Shown here: one piece after another, positions 9,784 through 17,743 of the stretch
Layout: each line of letters opens with the position of its first letter
Position numbering within the stretch: position 1 is the stretch's first letter
Assembly: GCA_963827685.1 (NCBI GenBank)
Contig: CAWHBU010000004.1
Span: 768,001 to 832,000, forward strand
Source: an uncultured delta proteobacterium
GTDB lineage: Bacteria > Desulfobacterota > BSN033 > UBA1163
Reading direction: 5' to 3'
DNA: 64,000 bases
Notes under the pieces: generated by a model
Seen by the model: the letters and a program-made list of their open reading frames with translations, nothing else
Databases searched by the model: none
Told to the model about the DNA's origin: nothing
Position numbers and translations under genes: made by a program

Positions 9784-9996
9784 ACCATCACCATGATCCC
9801 AACCCACGGAGACAAGGGCCTGGAGGATCGGGATCCAGCCTGTCTAACTCCATTGCGATGGGCGTTCAGGAGCCGGCCGAAGACGGACAAGATGGAGATC
9901 GCAAAAGGCCCCAGGGCCGTATAGACCCTGAAAAAAGAGAACGCCCCCCGGTGATCCGGCAGCCGGGGGAATTTAAAAGAGGAGAAAACAATAACG

Positions 9997-10221
9997 ATGG
10001 GAAACGTCGAGATCAAACTTTCTTTGAAATTATCCCCGGAAGTCGAGGAGCAAAAGTTCAAGGACGCTTTTTACCCTAAACCCAAATGCCCTGACTGTGG
10101 AGGAGAGAAATTTTTGAAGGGGCCAGGGGCCGGATTGTCAATGAACATCAAATGCGCGAATCCGGCCTGCGGGTCAAAATTCAACGTCTGCCCGGTGATG
10201 AGATCCATCGAGCGAATCTAA
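9997..10221 (+). CDS. zinc-ribbon protein
   Basis: CPDC...CANPAC; AGGAG RBS. Confidence 0.6.
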   Translation: MGNVEIKLSLKLSPEVEEQKFKDAFYPKPKCPDCGGEKFLKGPGAGLSMNIKCANPACGSKFNVCPVMRSIERI

Positions 10222-10234
10222 AAAAAGGAGGTAC

Positions 10235-10480
10235 ATGAAAATGGCAGTATTACGATGCAAGATGAGAGTTTTTCAGGTTTTACATCACCTTGATAATGAC
10301 GGGAAGGTGGAGCAGGAAACGGTCAAGTTTATTGCGGTTTATGCGAAGGAGGGGCCCAACGCTGAGTGGTCCAAGTGGACCCCTTCAGCCCACTTTGAGA
10401 TCTGCATCAGTAATCCTGATGCCTTCAATGAATTTTCAAAGGGCCATGAGTTCTATGTCGATTTTATTCCGGCGGAGTAA
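10235..10480 (+). CDS. hypothetical phage protein
   Basis: AGGAGG RBS; N..WSKWTPS...I.ISNP.A...F..G.EFYVDF pattern. Confidence 0.7.
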   Translation: MKMAVLRCKMRVFQVLHHLDNDGKVEQETVKFIAVYAKEGPNAEWSKWTPSAHFEICISNPDAFNEFSKGHEFYVDFIPAE

Positions 10481-10537
10481 CCATGCCAAACCGTAAGCTC
10501 CAGGCTGCGCCAGTTTAGAGTTCGGAGTTCGGAGACA

Positions 10538-10990
10538 ATGCCAGTAAGAAAACTTCAAATTAAAATCAAGATCGCTCAGAAGCAGCTCGGGATCGAGGAC
10601 GCGGTCTACCGCGATATCCTCTACCGGAAATTTCGGGTATCGTCTTCGAACTCCCTCTCGGATTCGCAGGCGTTGGTTCTGATCCGCCATTTTAAGGATC
10701 TCGGGTGGGTCCCGAAAAGCAAACCAAAAAAATATGACGATCAAAAGGGCGATGTCTATTCGGCCAGTCCCGGGCAGAAAAGGTTGATCGAGGTCCTCTG
10801 GCATGAGGTCTATCGGGGCAACGACGAAACGAAACATCTTAGGCAGTTTCTGTTTAATCACTTCAAGGTGAGCGATGTGAATTTTTTAGATCGACGGACG
10901 GCCTATGAGGCGGTGGAGGCATTGAAGGCGATGCAGAGGAGAAGACCCTCTGCCCAATGCGGAATGCGGAACGCGGATTGCGGAGTTTAA
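10538..10990 (+). CDS. gemA: GemA/Mu gp16-like regulatory protein
   Basis: KIKIAQKQLGIEDAVYRDIL....SS..LS....LIRHFKDLGW; QKRLIEVLW; AVEALKAM. Confidence 0.8.
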   Translation: MPVRKLQIKIKIAQKQLGIEDAVYRDILYRKFRVSSSNSLSDSQALVLIRHFKDLGWVPKSKPKKYDDQKGDVYSASPGQKRLIEVLWHEVYRGNDETKHLRQFLFNHFKVSDVNFLDRRTAYEAVEALKAMQRRRPSAQCGMRNADCGV

Positions 10991-11009
10991 CCAAGAACTG
11001 GGGGGAATC

Positions 11010-11264
11010 ATGGGATTTATAAGATTCGGAATCTGCAAAAACATGGAATGTCGGCAGGTTTTTGAGAAGAAGGCCGCCAACCAACGGTTTTGCCCGAATT
11101 GCAGTTATTGGAAAAAATATGAAGGCGGGTCAGTGATGAAACGCCTGTATGAGGTGGAGGGCCAACTCAAGAAAGGGGCCGATCAATCCGGCAATCCGAA
11201 GGTCTGGACGGCGGAGGAATATTCTCAGGAATTTTTGAGAAGTCTGATACCGAGTCACCAGTAG
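11010..11264 (+). CDS. zinc-finger protein
   Basis: CKNMEC..F......QRFCPNC. Confidence 0.6.
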   Translation: MGFIRFGICKNMECRQVFEKKAANQRFCPNCSYWKKYEGGSVMKRLYEVEGQLKKGADQSGNPKVWTAEEYSQEFLRSLIPSHQ

Positions 11265-11322
11265 GCAGAAAGCAGAATGCAGAAGGCAGCAATCATGGTG
11301 CGGAGACACGGTGAAAGATTTG

Positions 11323-11331
11323 TGATATAAT
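11323..11331 (+). promoter_or_regulatory. extended -10 promoter upstream of lipoprotein gene
   Basis: TGaTATAAT. Confidence 0.5.
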
Positions 11332-11414
11332 CGAACTGGAAGGCTTGCCCGGTTCGCCCATGTCTCATCGAGGCGAGCCCGCCGGACCTTTAGGGCAGGA
11401 GGGAGGCAACGAAG

Positions 11415-11687
11415 ATGAGAAATTTAATCGTTATTTTATTTTTTATTTTCTTGGCGGGATGTGCCTACACGGGCGGGTATTGGACCAAACCGGATTATTC
11501 CTGGGAGCAGTATAAGTCGGATCGCGATGACTGTACGGCAATCGCGTCTTATTGGAACCCAACGGCAGGCTTTTTTACTCCCACGATGGTGAGGCAAAAT
11601 ATACCTCCTCAACATACGAGACGATTTGGATATTGCATGGAAATGAGAGGATATGAGTGGGTTCAGACCCAGAGTGAAATGAGGTGA
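11415..11687 (+). CDS. predicted lipoprotein (moron-like)
   Basis: Signal peptide with lipobox LAGC; DRDDC...CMEMRGY; GGAGG RBS. Confidence 0.75.
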   Translation: MRNLIVILFFIFLAGCAYTGGYWTKPDYSWEQYKSDRDDCTAIASYWNPTAGFFTPTMVRQNIPPQHTRRFGYCMEMRGYEWVQTQSEMR

Positions 11688-12067
11688 TTTTTGACACTCG
11701 ACCAGGCCCGGAAAGAGAATATAAAGAAGGAAAACGAATTTTTCACAAAGCCTTATTGTTTTGCGGTCGGAGTGATCACGGGATTGATTGTAGCATTCCT
11801 TTTGATTTTAGCCCTAGTCGCCCTAAAGGGCGGTTTTTAATTAATATGAAACTCGAAGAGGCGCGGAAAATGAACTGGATAAAAGAGAAACCAACAAAGA
11901 TCGGGTACTATTGCTTGAGGCGACTCAAACTTAATGATACCGAGGTCAATATCGCTTTTGTGTATGAGGATATAGTTGAAATTTTAGGAATTCAAAAGGA
12001 ATTTCGCATAAATGCTGATGTTCTTGATGATGCTGAATGGTACGGCCCGCTGGAGCCGCCGAAATAA
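11684..12067 (+). CDS. hypothetical protein (true start may be downstream, MNWIKEKPTKIGYY)
   Basis: W..EKP...GYY...EWYGPLEPP phage motif. Confidence 0.55.
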   Translation: MIFDTRPGPEREYKEGKRIFHKALLFCGRSDHGIDCSIPFDFSPSRPKGRFLINMKLEEARKMNWIKEKPTKIGYYCLRRLKLNDTEVNIAFVYEDIVEILGIQKEFRINADVLDDAEWYGPLEPPK

Positions 12068-12082
12068 TGTGCAGGAGGGATA

Positions 12083-12394
12083 ATGGAAATTAAAGAACTA
12101 ACCGGCCCCTGCTCACTTGTACAGTTTGATGATTATCTTGAAGAGGGGGACGAGATACAATGTCCCGATTGCGGGGAATTTTCATCCCATAGAGATTGGA
12201 AAGAATCGACGGTGCCCTGTGAGGATTGCGGAACGCACATCGCGATTCAATGCCCAAAATGCGACAAACGGTTCGATACGGTGTGGCCGCAGAAATTTCA
12301 CATTAGGGAGACCGAAGAAACCCGCCGTATTCTAATTGAAAAAATGAAGCAAGGTGGATTCGATGACGAAGAAATAAAAAAGATAATGGAATAA
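12083..12394 (+). CDS. zinc-ribbon protein
   Basis: CPDC, CEDC, CPKC; AGGAGG RBS. Confidence 0.65.
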   Translation: MEIKELTGPCSLVQFDDYLEEGDEIQCPDCGEFSSHRDWKESTVPCEDCGTHIAIQCPKCDKRFDTVWPQKFHIRETEETRRILIEKMKQGGFDDEEIKKIME

Positions 12395-12411
12395 AACGGA
12401 GGGAGGAGTGA

Positions 12412-12594
12412 GTGACGCTCGACCAGGCCCGGAAACTTCATCAGGAGATCAAAGAGATCAAGAAACGCTACGGCATCTCTTATAGCGACTACCACGAGGA
12501 GGAGCGGGAGGGCGAGGTCCGGTTCGTCAACATCACTCTCAGGGCCAAAATCGATCCCAATAAAAAGGACTTGACAAGAGGTAAGAACATTTGA
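12412..12594 (+). CDS. hypothetical protein
   Basis: GGAGGAG RBS, GTG start. Confidence 0.55.
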   Translation: MTLDQARKLHQEIKEIKKRYGISYSDYHEEEREGEVRFVNITLRAKIDPNKKDLTRGKNI

Positions 12595-12634
12595 TATCAA
12601 TATGTCAAAGGCATTAACTGACATATTTGATATC
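12571..12634 (+). promoter_or_regulatory. promoter with candidate operator upstream of RHH gene
   Basis: TTGACA 12571-12576; 9-bp inverted repeat AATATGTCA/TGACATATT (12599-12627); direct repeat TTTGATATC. Confidence 0.5.
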
Positions 12635-12641
12635 CGATGCG

Positions 12642-12794
12642 ATGGCTATTAAACAATATCCCATGCGAGTGGAAGAGGAGATTTGGAGGCGGGCAAAGGC
12701 AAAAGCGGCGCTCGAAGGGATCACGATGAGAGAGGCCGTCGAAAGACTCTTGAAGGGATGGATTGATGGGAAGTTAGAGATCGAAAAAAAATAG
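12642..12794 (+). CDS. ribbon-helix-helix protein (50 aa, below ORF-track cutoff)
   Basis: MAIKQYPMRVEEEIWRRAKAKAALEGITMREAVERLLKGWIDGKLEIEKK, a typical RHH pattern. Confidence 0.75.
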   Translation: MAIKQYPMRVEEEIWRRAKAKAALEGITMREAVERLLKGWIDGKLEIEKK

Positions 12795-12798
12795 ATTA

Positions 12799-12843
12799 AC
12801 TCCCCCTCGCCCCCTCTTAGATTAGGAGGGGGTTGGGGGCGTT
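12799..12843. repeat. C-rich/G-rich palindromic repeat (CCCCTC...GAGGGGG family)
   Basis: ACTCCCCCTCGCCCCCTCTTAGATTAGGAGGGGGTTGGGGGCGTT; related to host copies at 52519 and 58496. Confidence 0.55.
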
Positions 12844-12860
12844 ACTAAACAAGGACGAGG

Positions 12861-12917
12861 AAAACCCGACTTGTGTTCGTCGGCAGTAAATGCCGACGCT
12901 ACAGGTCGGGTTTTTTT
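12861..12917 (+). terminator. intrinsic terminator immediately upstream of the endolysin RBS
   Basis: AAAACCCGACTTGT...ACAGGTCGGG-TTTTTTT stem with inner GTCGGCA/TGCCGAC hairpin. Confidence 0.7.
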
Positions 12918-12928
12918 ATGGGGTCGAA

Positions 12929-13438
12929 ATGATCATCACTCACTGGTCGCACATCATGATTCACCATTCGGCAAGTCCGGACAGTCGCACGTTCGGTTGG
13001 CAAGAGATTAGGCGATACCACATGTCGTGGCGCATTGATGGAACAAGCGTCAGCAAGGAAGAATACGATCGGAGACTCTTGGCGAAACAGGGAACGCATT
13101 TTGAGGCTCCGGACCGAGATATCGCCTATCACTTCGGGATTGAGTTGGTCAACGACCGTTATGAAATTTTCGTTGGCCGGGATCTGGACCAGGATGGGGC
13201 GCATTGTATCGGGATGAATCAGAAGGCCATCGGGATCTGTTTCATTGGAAATTTTGACGGGACCCGGGTCCCGGCAGATCAGTGGACAGTGGGCGTCTTT
13301 TTTGTGAGAAGCCTCTGCCGGATCCTATTGATTCCGATCACGTGCGTTATTCCGCATCGGGATTACGCCCAAAAGACCTGTCCGGGCAAATTATTCGATA
13401 TGGAACTTTTCAGAAGAGATCTTTTGAGGATCACATGA
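12929..13438 (+). CDS. endolysin, N-acetylmuramoyl-L-alanine amidase (Amidase_2)
   Basis: HIMIHHSA, IAYHF, GAHC.G.N...IGICFIGNFD, PHRD...KTCPG. Confidence 0.9.
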   Translation: MIITHWSHIMIHHSASPDSRTFGWQEIRRYHMSWRIDGTSVSKEEYDRRLLAKQGTHFEAPDRDIAYHFGIELVNDRYEIFVGRDLDQDGAHCIGMNQKAIGICFIGNFDGTRVPADQWTVGVFFVRSLCRILLIPITCVIPHRDYAQKTCPGKLFDMELFRRDLLRIT

Positions 13439-13462
13439 CCGAACCGATTTTCAAGGAGTAAG

Positions 13463-13792
13463 ATGTACATGCTGAAACTTATCTCAGACAACATGGACCT
13501 CATCGCCCTCGGCGCTTTTATTTTGGCGCTTCTCTTTGTTTTTTTCGGATTTGTGATCTATCTGTCCTTATCTTCCAGACTAAAGGAATACTTCGTCGAT
13601 GATGGAGGAAAGCTTTCTATGGGCAGGCTGATTTGTTTTTTGAGTATCTTCTTCTATATCATCAGCGCCGCCTATGGTCTACTTTCAAAGGGAATATTTC
13701 CCGACATCCCAACGAATTTATCGGTACTCGTTGGTGGACTTTACGGATTGAATAAATTCAGCCCCACCGTTCCATTTCAGGGGCCAAAATAA
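13463..13792 (+). CDS. putative holin
   Basis: 2-3 TM helices, G.LSMGRL motif; follows endolysin. Confidence 0.65.
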   Translation: MYMLKLISDNMDLIALGAFILALLFVFFGFVIYLSLSSRLKEYFVDDGGKLSMGRLICFLSIFFYIISAAYGLLSKGIFPDIPTNLSVLVGGLYGLNKFSPTVPFQGPK

Positions 13793-13810
13793 AGAAGGAG
13801 GTCAAAGCAA

Positions 13811-13990
13811 ATGGAAACAGCTCTAATTCTTATCGGAACTCATCTGGCGTGCATTGGCGGCGGCGTATTTGCCGGCGCATTGATCTGGAGAAACAATGCA
13901 AAGAAATTCTCCAGATTGGAAGATGAGGCAAAGGCAAAAGGGAAAGAAGTGGTCAGTTGGATTAAGGAAAAGACCGGGATCGATCTATGA
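13811..13990 (+). CDS. small membrane protein in lysis cassette (59 aa)
   Basis: AAGGAGG RBS; METALILIGTHLACIGGGVFAGALIWRNN...; overlaps next start. Confidence 0.6.
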   Translation: METALILIGTHLACIGGGVFAGALIWRNNAKKFSRLEDEAKAKGKEVVSWIKEKTGIDL

Positions 13991-14376
13991 TCAATTTCCT
14001 CAGGTCTCATTGGAAGGTCATTCTTGTCGCCGTGGGCGTCTTGATTCTCATCGTCATGGTCGCCTATCCGAATCAGATCGCCAAAAAATATCTTGGCATG
14101 CTGATCGATCAGATCCGGGTCGATCAATCCAATATCGTCAAGACGTTGGAAGAGACCGTGACAAAGCGTGAGATGGAAATTGCCGACCTCGAAAAGCAGG
14201 TCGAGATAAACCGGGCTCAACAGGTCCAGGTCAGAGCCGAAAGCGAACGGCTCAAAGGGAGGGTCCTTGAACTTCAAGGTCAGCGCGAAACGATTGTTAT
14301 TTCTGGCGATCCTGATCGGATCGTTGATGAACTGCGCAGGCTTGGTTTCAGCACAGCCCACCGCGGTTGCAAATGA
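13987..14376 (+). CDS. i-spanin-like protein
   Basis: N-terminal TM plus coiled coil; overlapped by next ORF. Confidence 0.55.
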   Translation: MINFLRSHWKVILVAVGVLILIVMVAYPNQIAKKYLGMLIDQIRVDQSNIVKTLEETVTKREMEIADLEKQVEINRAQQVQVRAESERLKGRVLELQGQRETIVISGDPDRIVDELRRLGFSTAHRGCK

Positions 14377-14713
14377 TCCTATATGTGAGGACGTATCCGA
14401 TGCCCAGGAGATGGTCCGTCGTCTTACGGATTATAACATTCTGCGAGAGATGGATCAGGTCAAGGACCAACGGATCGCCAACCTTGAGAAAGAGAACGAC
14501 CTTCTCAAGAGGGAAAACGAGCTAAAGGATCGGATCATCGCCCTTAAGGACATGATGATCGAGGCCAAGGACAAAGCCTTTGCGGACCTGAAAGACGTCG
14601 CCGATAGGGCGATTAAGCTTGCCGAGATCTCGAAAAAATCTACGTTGAGCGAGATCCTCGAATGGATCATCAGGATCGCCCTCTTTGCAGCCGGAGTCTT
14701 TGTGGGGAAATAA
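14267..14713 (+). CDS. o-spanin-like/exported coiled-coil protein
   Basis: Signal peptide with Cys, coiled coil, C-terminal hydrophobic helix; overlaps the i-spanin-like gene out of frame. Confidence 0.5.
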   Translation: MNFKVSAKRLLFLAILIGSLMNCAGLVSAQPTAVANDPICEDVSDAQEMVRRLTDYNILREMDQVKDQRIANLEKENDLLKRENELKDRIIALKDMMIEAKDKAFADLKDVADRAIKLAEISKKSTLSEILEWIIRIALFAAGVFVGK

Positions 14714-15034
14714 ATGGTTGAAAATTTCTTTGGCTGTCTTGGGGGATGGATTTCGAATTGGGGGCCGGGGCTTTTGATCGCCCTGATCATGCTCTACGGC
14801 CTTTATAAAGGGTTGATCAGGCTCGGCGAAAAAGTGGGCCTCAAAATTCTCAGTGCATTGGAAAAACCCGCTGCGGCCCTCAATCAACAGGCCGAGTCGA
14901 TGGACCGACTTACCCATTCGATTCAGGAGTATGTCGGGCGCGATCAATCAGAACATAGAGAAATCATCATCCTTCAGAAAGTAATTCTCGAAGAGATCGA
15001 AAAAATGAGGCGAGACGCAGATGACAGAAATTAA
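14714..15034 (+). CDS. Mu gp25-like membrane/coiled-coil protein
   Basis: TM plus coiled coil; position before gp26/27/28-like genes. Confidence 0.55.
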   Translation: MVENFFGCLGGWISNWGPGLLIALIMLYGLYKGLIRLGEKVGLKILSALEKPAAALNQQAESMDRLTHSIQEYVGRDQSEHREIIILQKVILEEIEKMRRDADDRN

Positions 15035-15323
15035 AATCGAACGATATCGTAGGATCAGGGGCAAAATTCTCAGGTTGTTAATCAAATGGCATCCTGCCCC
15101 GCTGAACCTGGAAGAGTTGCATGCCCTTCTGGACGATATGGGATACCCCATAACCAAGGAAGAGCTCGAGAGTCATCTCGTCTACCTGGAGGAACCTGGA
15201 TACATCAAGATCGAAAAAAGAATGACGGAGGGGATGGAGAGTAAAAAAATCCGGATATTGAAAAAGGGGATCGACGTCAACGACGGCCTCGGCTCCGGAG
15301 ATATCGGGATCACCAGGGGTTAA
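15021..15323 (+). CDS. Mu gp26-like winged-helix protein
   Basis: RGKILRLL...ELESHLVYLEE.GYI...KGIDV..G. Confidence 0.65.
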   Translation: MTEIKIERYRRIRGKILRLLIKWHPAPLNLEELHALLDDMGYPITKEELESHLVYLEEPGYIKIEKRMTEGMESKKIRILKKGIDVNDGLGSGDIGITRG

Positions 15324-15333
15324 GGATCTCATC

Positions 15334-15849
15334 ATGAGGCAGAGGCCAGAAAAAAAAGAATATTCCTTTGAAGTCGTCGAGACAGCCGAGAACCTCTACG
15401 TCTACAAAAATAAGACCTACGAGGAAATTTCGAAGATTCTCGATATTCCGGTAGTCACCCTCCAGCGATGGGGGGCCGACGAGAAGCCAGACAAGGGCGG
15501 AAAGGGCGGCTACGAGTGGCGTAAAAAGAAACTCGAATATATCAAGCAGCGTGTCGGAACAAGGAAAGAATTATACCTGATCAAGGATCACTTGATTAAG
15601 GAGGCTAAAGAGAACACCGACCCCCTGGCGGTATATAAATTGGCAACTCTTCAAAGAACGATCGATGCCGAGGAGAAGGGGGACATAGATGAAAGCATGC
15701 AAAAGATCGACCGGCCTCAAATATTTCTCGATTTTCTCAAGGATCTTGTCTCTTATCTTAAAGAACACGATGCGGAAGCACTGGTGGCATTGGAAAAGAA
15801 TTTTGATCCATTCATAGGGTTCGCAAAGAGCAAATACGCGAACCCTTGA
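15334..15849 (+). CDS. terminase small subunit (Mu gp27-like)
   Basis: AENLYV....YEEISKIL.IPVVTLQRW HTH; precedes TerL. Confidence 0.75.
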   Translation: MRQRPEKKEYSFEVVETAENLYVYKNKTYEEISKILDIPVVTLQRWGADEKPDKGGKGGYEWRKKKLEYIKQRVGTRKELYLIKDHLIKEAKENTDPLAVYKLATLQRTIDAEEKGDIDESMQKIDRPQIFLDFLKDLVSYLKEHDAEALVALEKNFDPFIGFAKSKYANP

Positions 15850-15922
15850 TTACACAGATTCCAAGAGCGAGATTTCTCAGATTTAAAATCGGTGTAATCG
15901 GGGTTCTAAAATCCGTGTAATC
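15848..15922. repeat. GATTACAC-GATT/AATC-GTGTAATC hairpin element, copy 1 (before terL)
   Basis: Two GATTwCwC.GATT units then two inverted units. Confidence 0.85.
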
Positions 15923-15935
15923 ACGCGAGGAACGA

Positions 15936-17615
15936 GTGAAACGAGTTTTGAGTGAAAAGAAGTTCGATCTTGAGATTGAGGCGATCCGGTCGCTGATCCA
16001 ATCGGTTGCCAAACCTTTCCCCGTTGACAAGAAACTCCAGGAGGAAAGGATCGAGCGCGGCTCGCACGATCTTGAATTTTTCGGCCGCACCTACTTCCCG
16101 CATTACATCGAGGCCCCCTGCTCGGCATTTCACCGTTACGTTTGCGAACGATATACGGCGATGGTCCTTCGGGCGGTCGAGACCGGAGAAGGAGACAAGG
16201 AGGCCGATGCGGCTCCTCGAGGAAACGCCAAATCGACCTGGGCCGATCTCGTCTTCGCCCTCTGGTGCGCCGCCTTCGGATATCGCCGTTTTATCGTCAT
16301 CGTCAGCGATACCGCTTCGCAGGCCGAGGATTTCATCCAATTCATCAAGGCGGAGCTCGAGGTGAACGAGCGGCTCGCCCAGGACTTTCCGAAACTCTGC
16401 GGCCAGGGGCCTATCTGGCGGGCCGATACGATCATCACCGCAAACCGGGTCAAAATCCGAGGCGTGGGCGCTGGGCAAAAACTAAGAGGCATGCGCCACG
16501 GATCCACACGGCCGGATCTCGTGATCGGGGATGATTTGGAGAATGACGAGGCCGTTGAATCTCCGGATCAGAGGAAGAAAATGGAGAGGTGGTTTTTCAA
16601 GGCACTGATGAAGATCGGCCAGAAGGATACGGTCTTCCTGATCCTCGGGACCATCCTTCATTACGACAGCCTTCTCAGTGATCTCCTGAGACGACCCGGA
16701 TGGAAAGGTCGCAAGTTCAAAGCCGTCATAAAATATTCCAGCTCAAAACTATGGGAAAAATGGGAAGAGATCTTCGTCGATATTTCCATCGGAAAAGAAC
16801 AAGCCGAAGAAGCGGCCGATGCCTTTTTCGAGGCCAACAAAGCGGAAATGCTTGCTGACACCGAGGTCCTCTGGCCCGAGGTCGAGGATTACTATTATCT
16901 GATGAAAATGCGGATCTCAGACGGGCCTGCCTACTTTGAATCGGAGAAACAAAACGAGCCGATCAATCCGGAAGATGCAATCTTCCTGGGAGAATGGTTT
17001 GTCGACTGGGAAGAAGGAGACGTGGATCTCACCGGCATCGCGCACGCGGGCGCATGCGATCCGTCTCTCGGAAAACGGAACAAACGTGGGGATTCATCAG
17101 CAATACTCGGCGGGCGGATGAAGGACAACGTTCTGTATCTCGACGTTGCGGATATCGAGCGCCGGCAGCCAGACAAAATTATGACCGATATTCTGGCGCA
17201 TCACACCCGTGATCCCTTCGATAAATTCAGGATCGAGATCGTGCAATTTCAGGAATTCTTTGCGCGGCAATTTGAAAAGGTCGCGCATGATACCGGCCGG
17301 ACGATGAACATCGACAACTACATTCCCAACGCCGACAAAGATTTGAGGATCATCCGGCTCCAGCCCTGGATCAAGAATGGCTGGATCCGCTTCAAGCCCA
17401 ACATGAGGGAGCTCAAACGGCACCTGATCTATTACCGGCCAAAAAATAGGGGCGGCCCAGATGATGGCCCCGATGCATTGGAGATGCTCCTCGGACTTTG
17501 TGAGGCGGGTTTGATGCCTGCCGCGTCTGTTTCGAGTGAGACGGGAAAGGGCGATTATCACGCGGAGCGGAGGCGGGGCATCATGGAGAGGTTTGGATTT
17601 AGAAGGGCAGCATGA
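15936..17615 (+). CDS. terL: terminase large subunit
   Basis: APRGNAKST Walker A, RPDLVIGDDLEND, ACDPSLG, DDGPDALE nuclease motifs. Confidence 0.93.
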   Translation: MKRVLSEKKFDLEIEAIRSLIQSVAKPFPVDKKLQEERIERGSHDLEFFGRTYFPHYIEAPCSAFHRYVCERYTAMVLRAVETGEGDKEADAAPRGNAKSTWADLVFALWCAAFGYRRFIVIVSDTASQAEDFIQFIKAELEVNERLAQDFPKLCGQGPIWRADTIITANRVKIRGVGAGQKLRGMRHGSTRPDLVIGDDLENDEAVESPDQRKKMERWFFKALMKIGQKDTVFLILGTILHYDSLLSDLLRRPGWKGRKFKAVIKYSSSKLWEKWEEIFVDISIGKEQAEEAADAFFEANKAEMLADTEVLWPEVEDYYYLMKMRISDGPAYFESEKQNEPINPEDAIFLGEWFVDWEEGDVDLTGIAHAGACDPSLGKRNKRGDSSAILGGRMKDNVLYLDVADIERRQPDKIMTDILAHHTRDPFDKFRIEIVQFQEFFARQFEKVAHDTGRTMNIDNYIPNADKDLRIIRLQPWIKNGWIRFKPNMRELKRHLIYYRPKNRGGPDDGPDALEMLLGLCEAGLMPAASVSSETGKGDYHAERRRGIMERFGFRRAA

Positions 17616-17728
17616 GTTCGTTGGGTTTATTGCCTGCCTGCGCGAAGCCGCTTCGGCATAGGCAGGGGTTCATTGAGTTTATTGAGTTAGCTCAAGGAAC
17701 TCAAGCAACCCAAGCAACTCGATGAACC
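17614..17728. repeat. 9-mer palindromic array (GRGTTYATT/AAYYCAA) carrying a 34-bp CCTGCC...GGCAGG insert at 17633-17666
   Basis: Read directly from sequence; removing the insert restores ...TTTATTG|GGTTCATT... Confidence 0.85.
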
Positions 17729-17743
17729 GTGACCGGAGTAACC

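Noticed and set aside
9771-9996. ORFs 9771..10079 (+) and 9780..10061 (-)
   Set aside because: Low-complexity translations overlapping better-supported genes; coding status unresolved.
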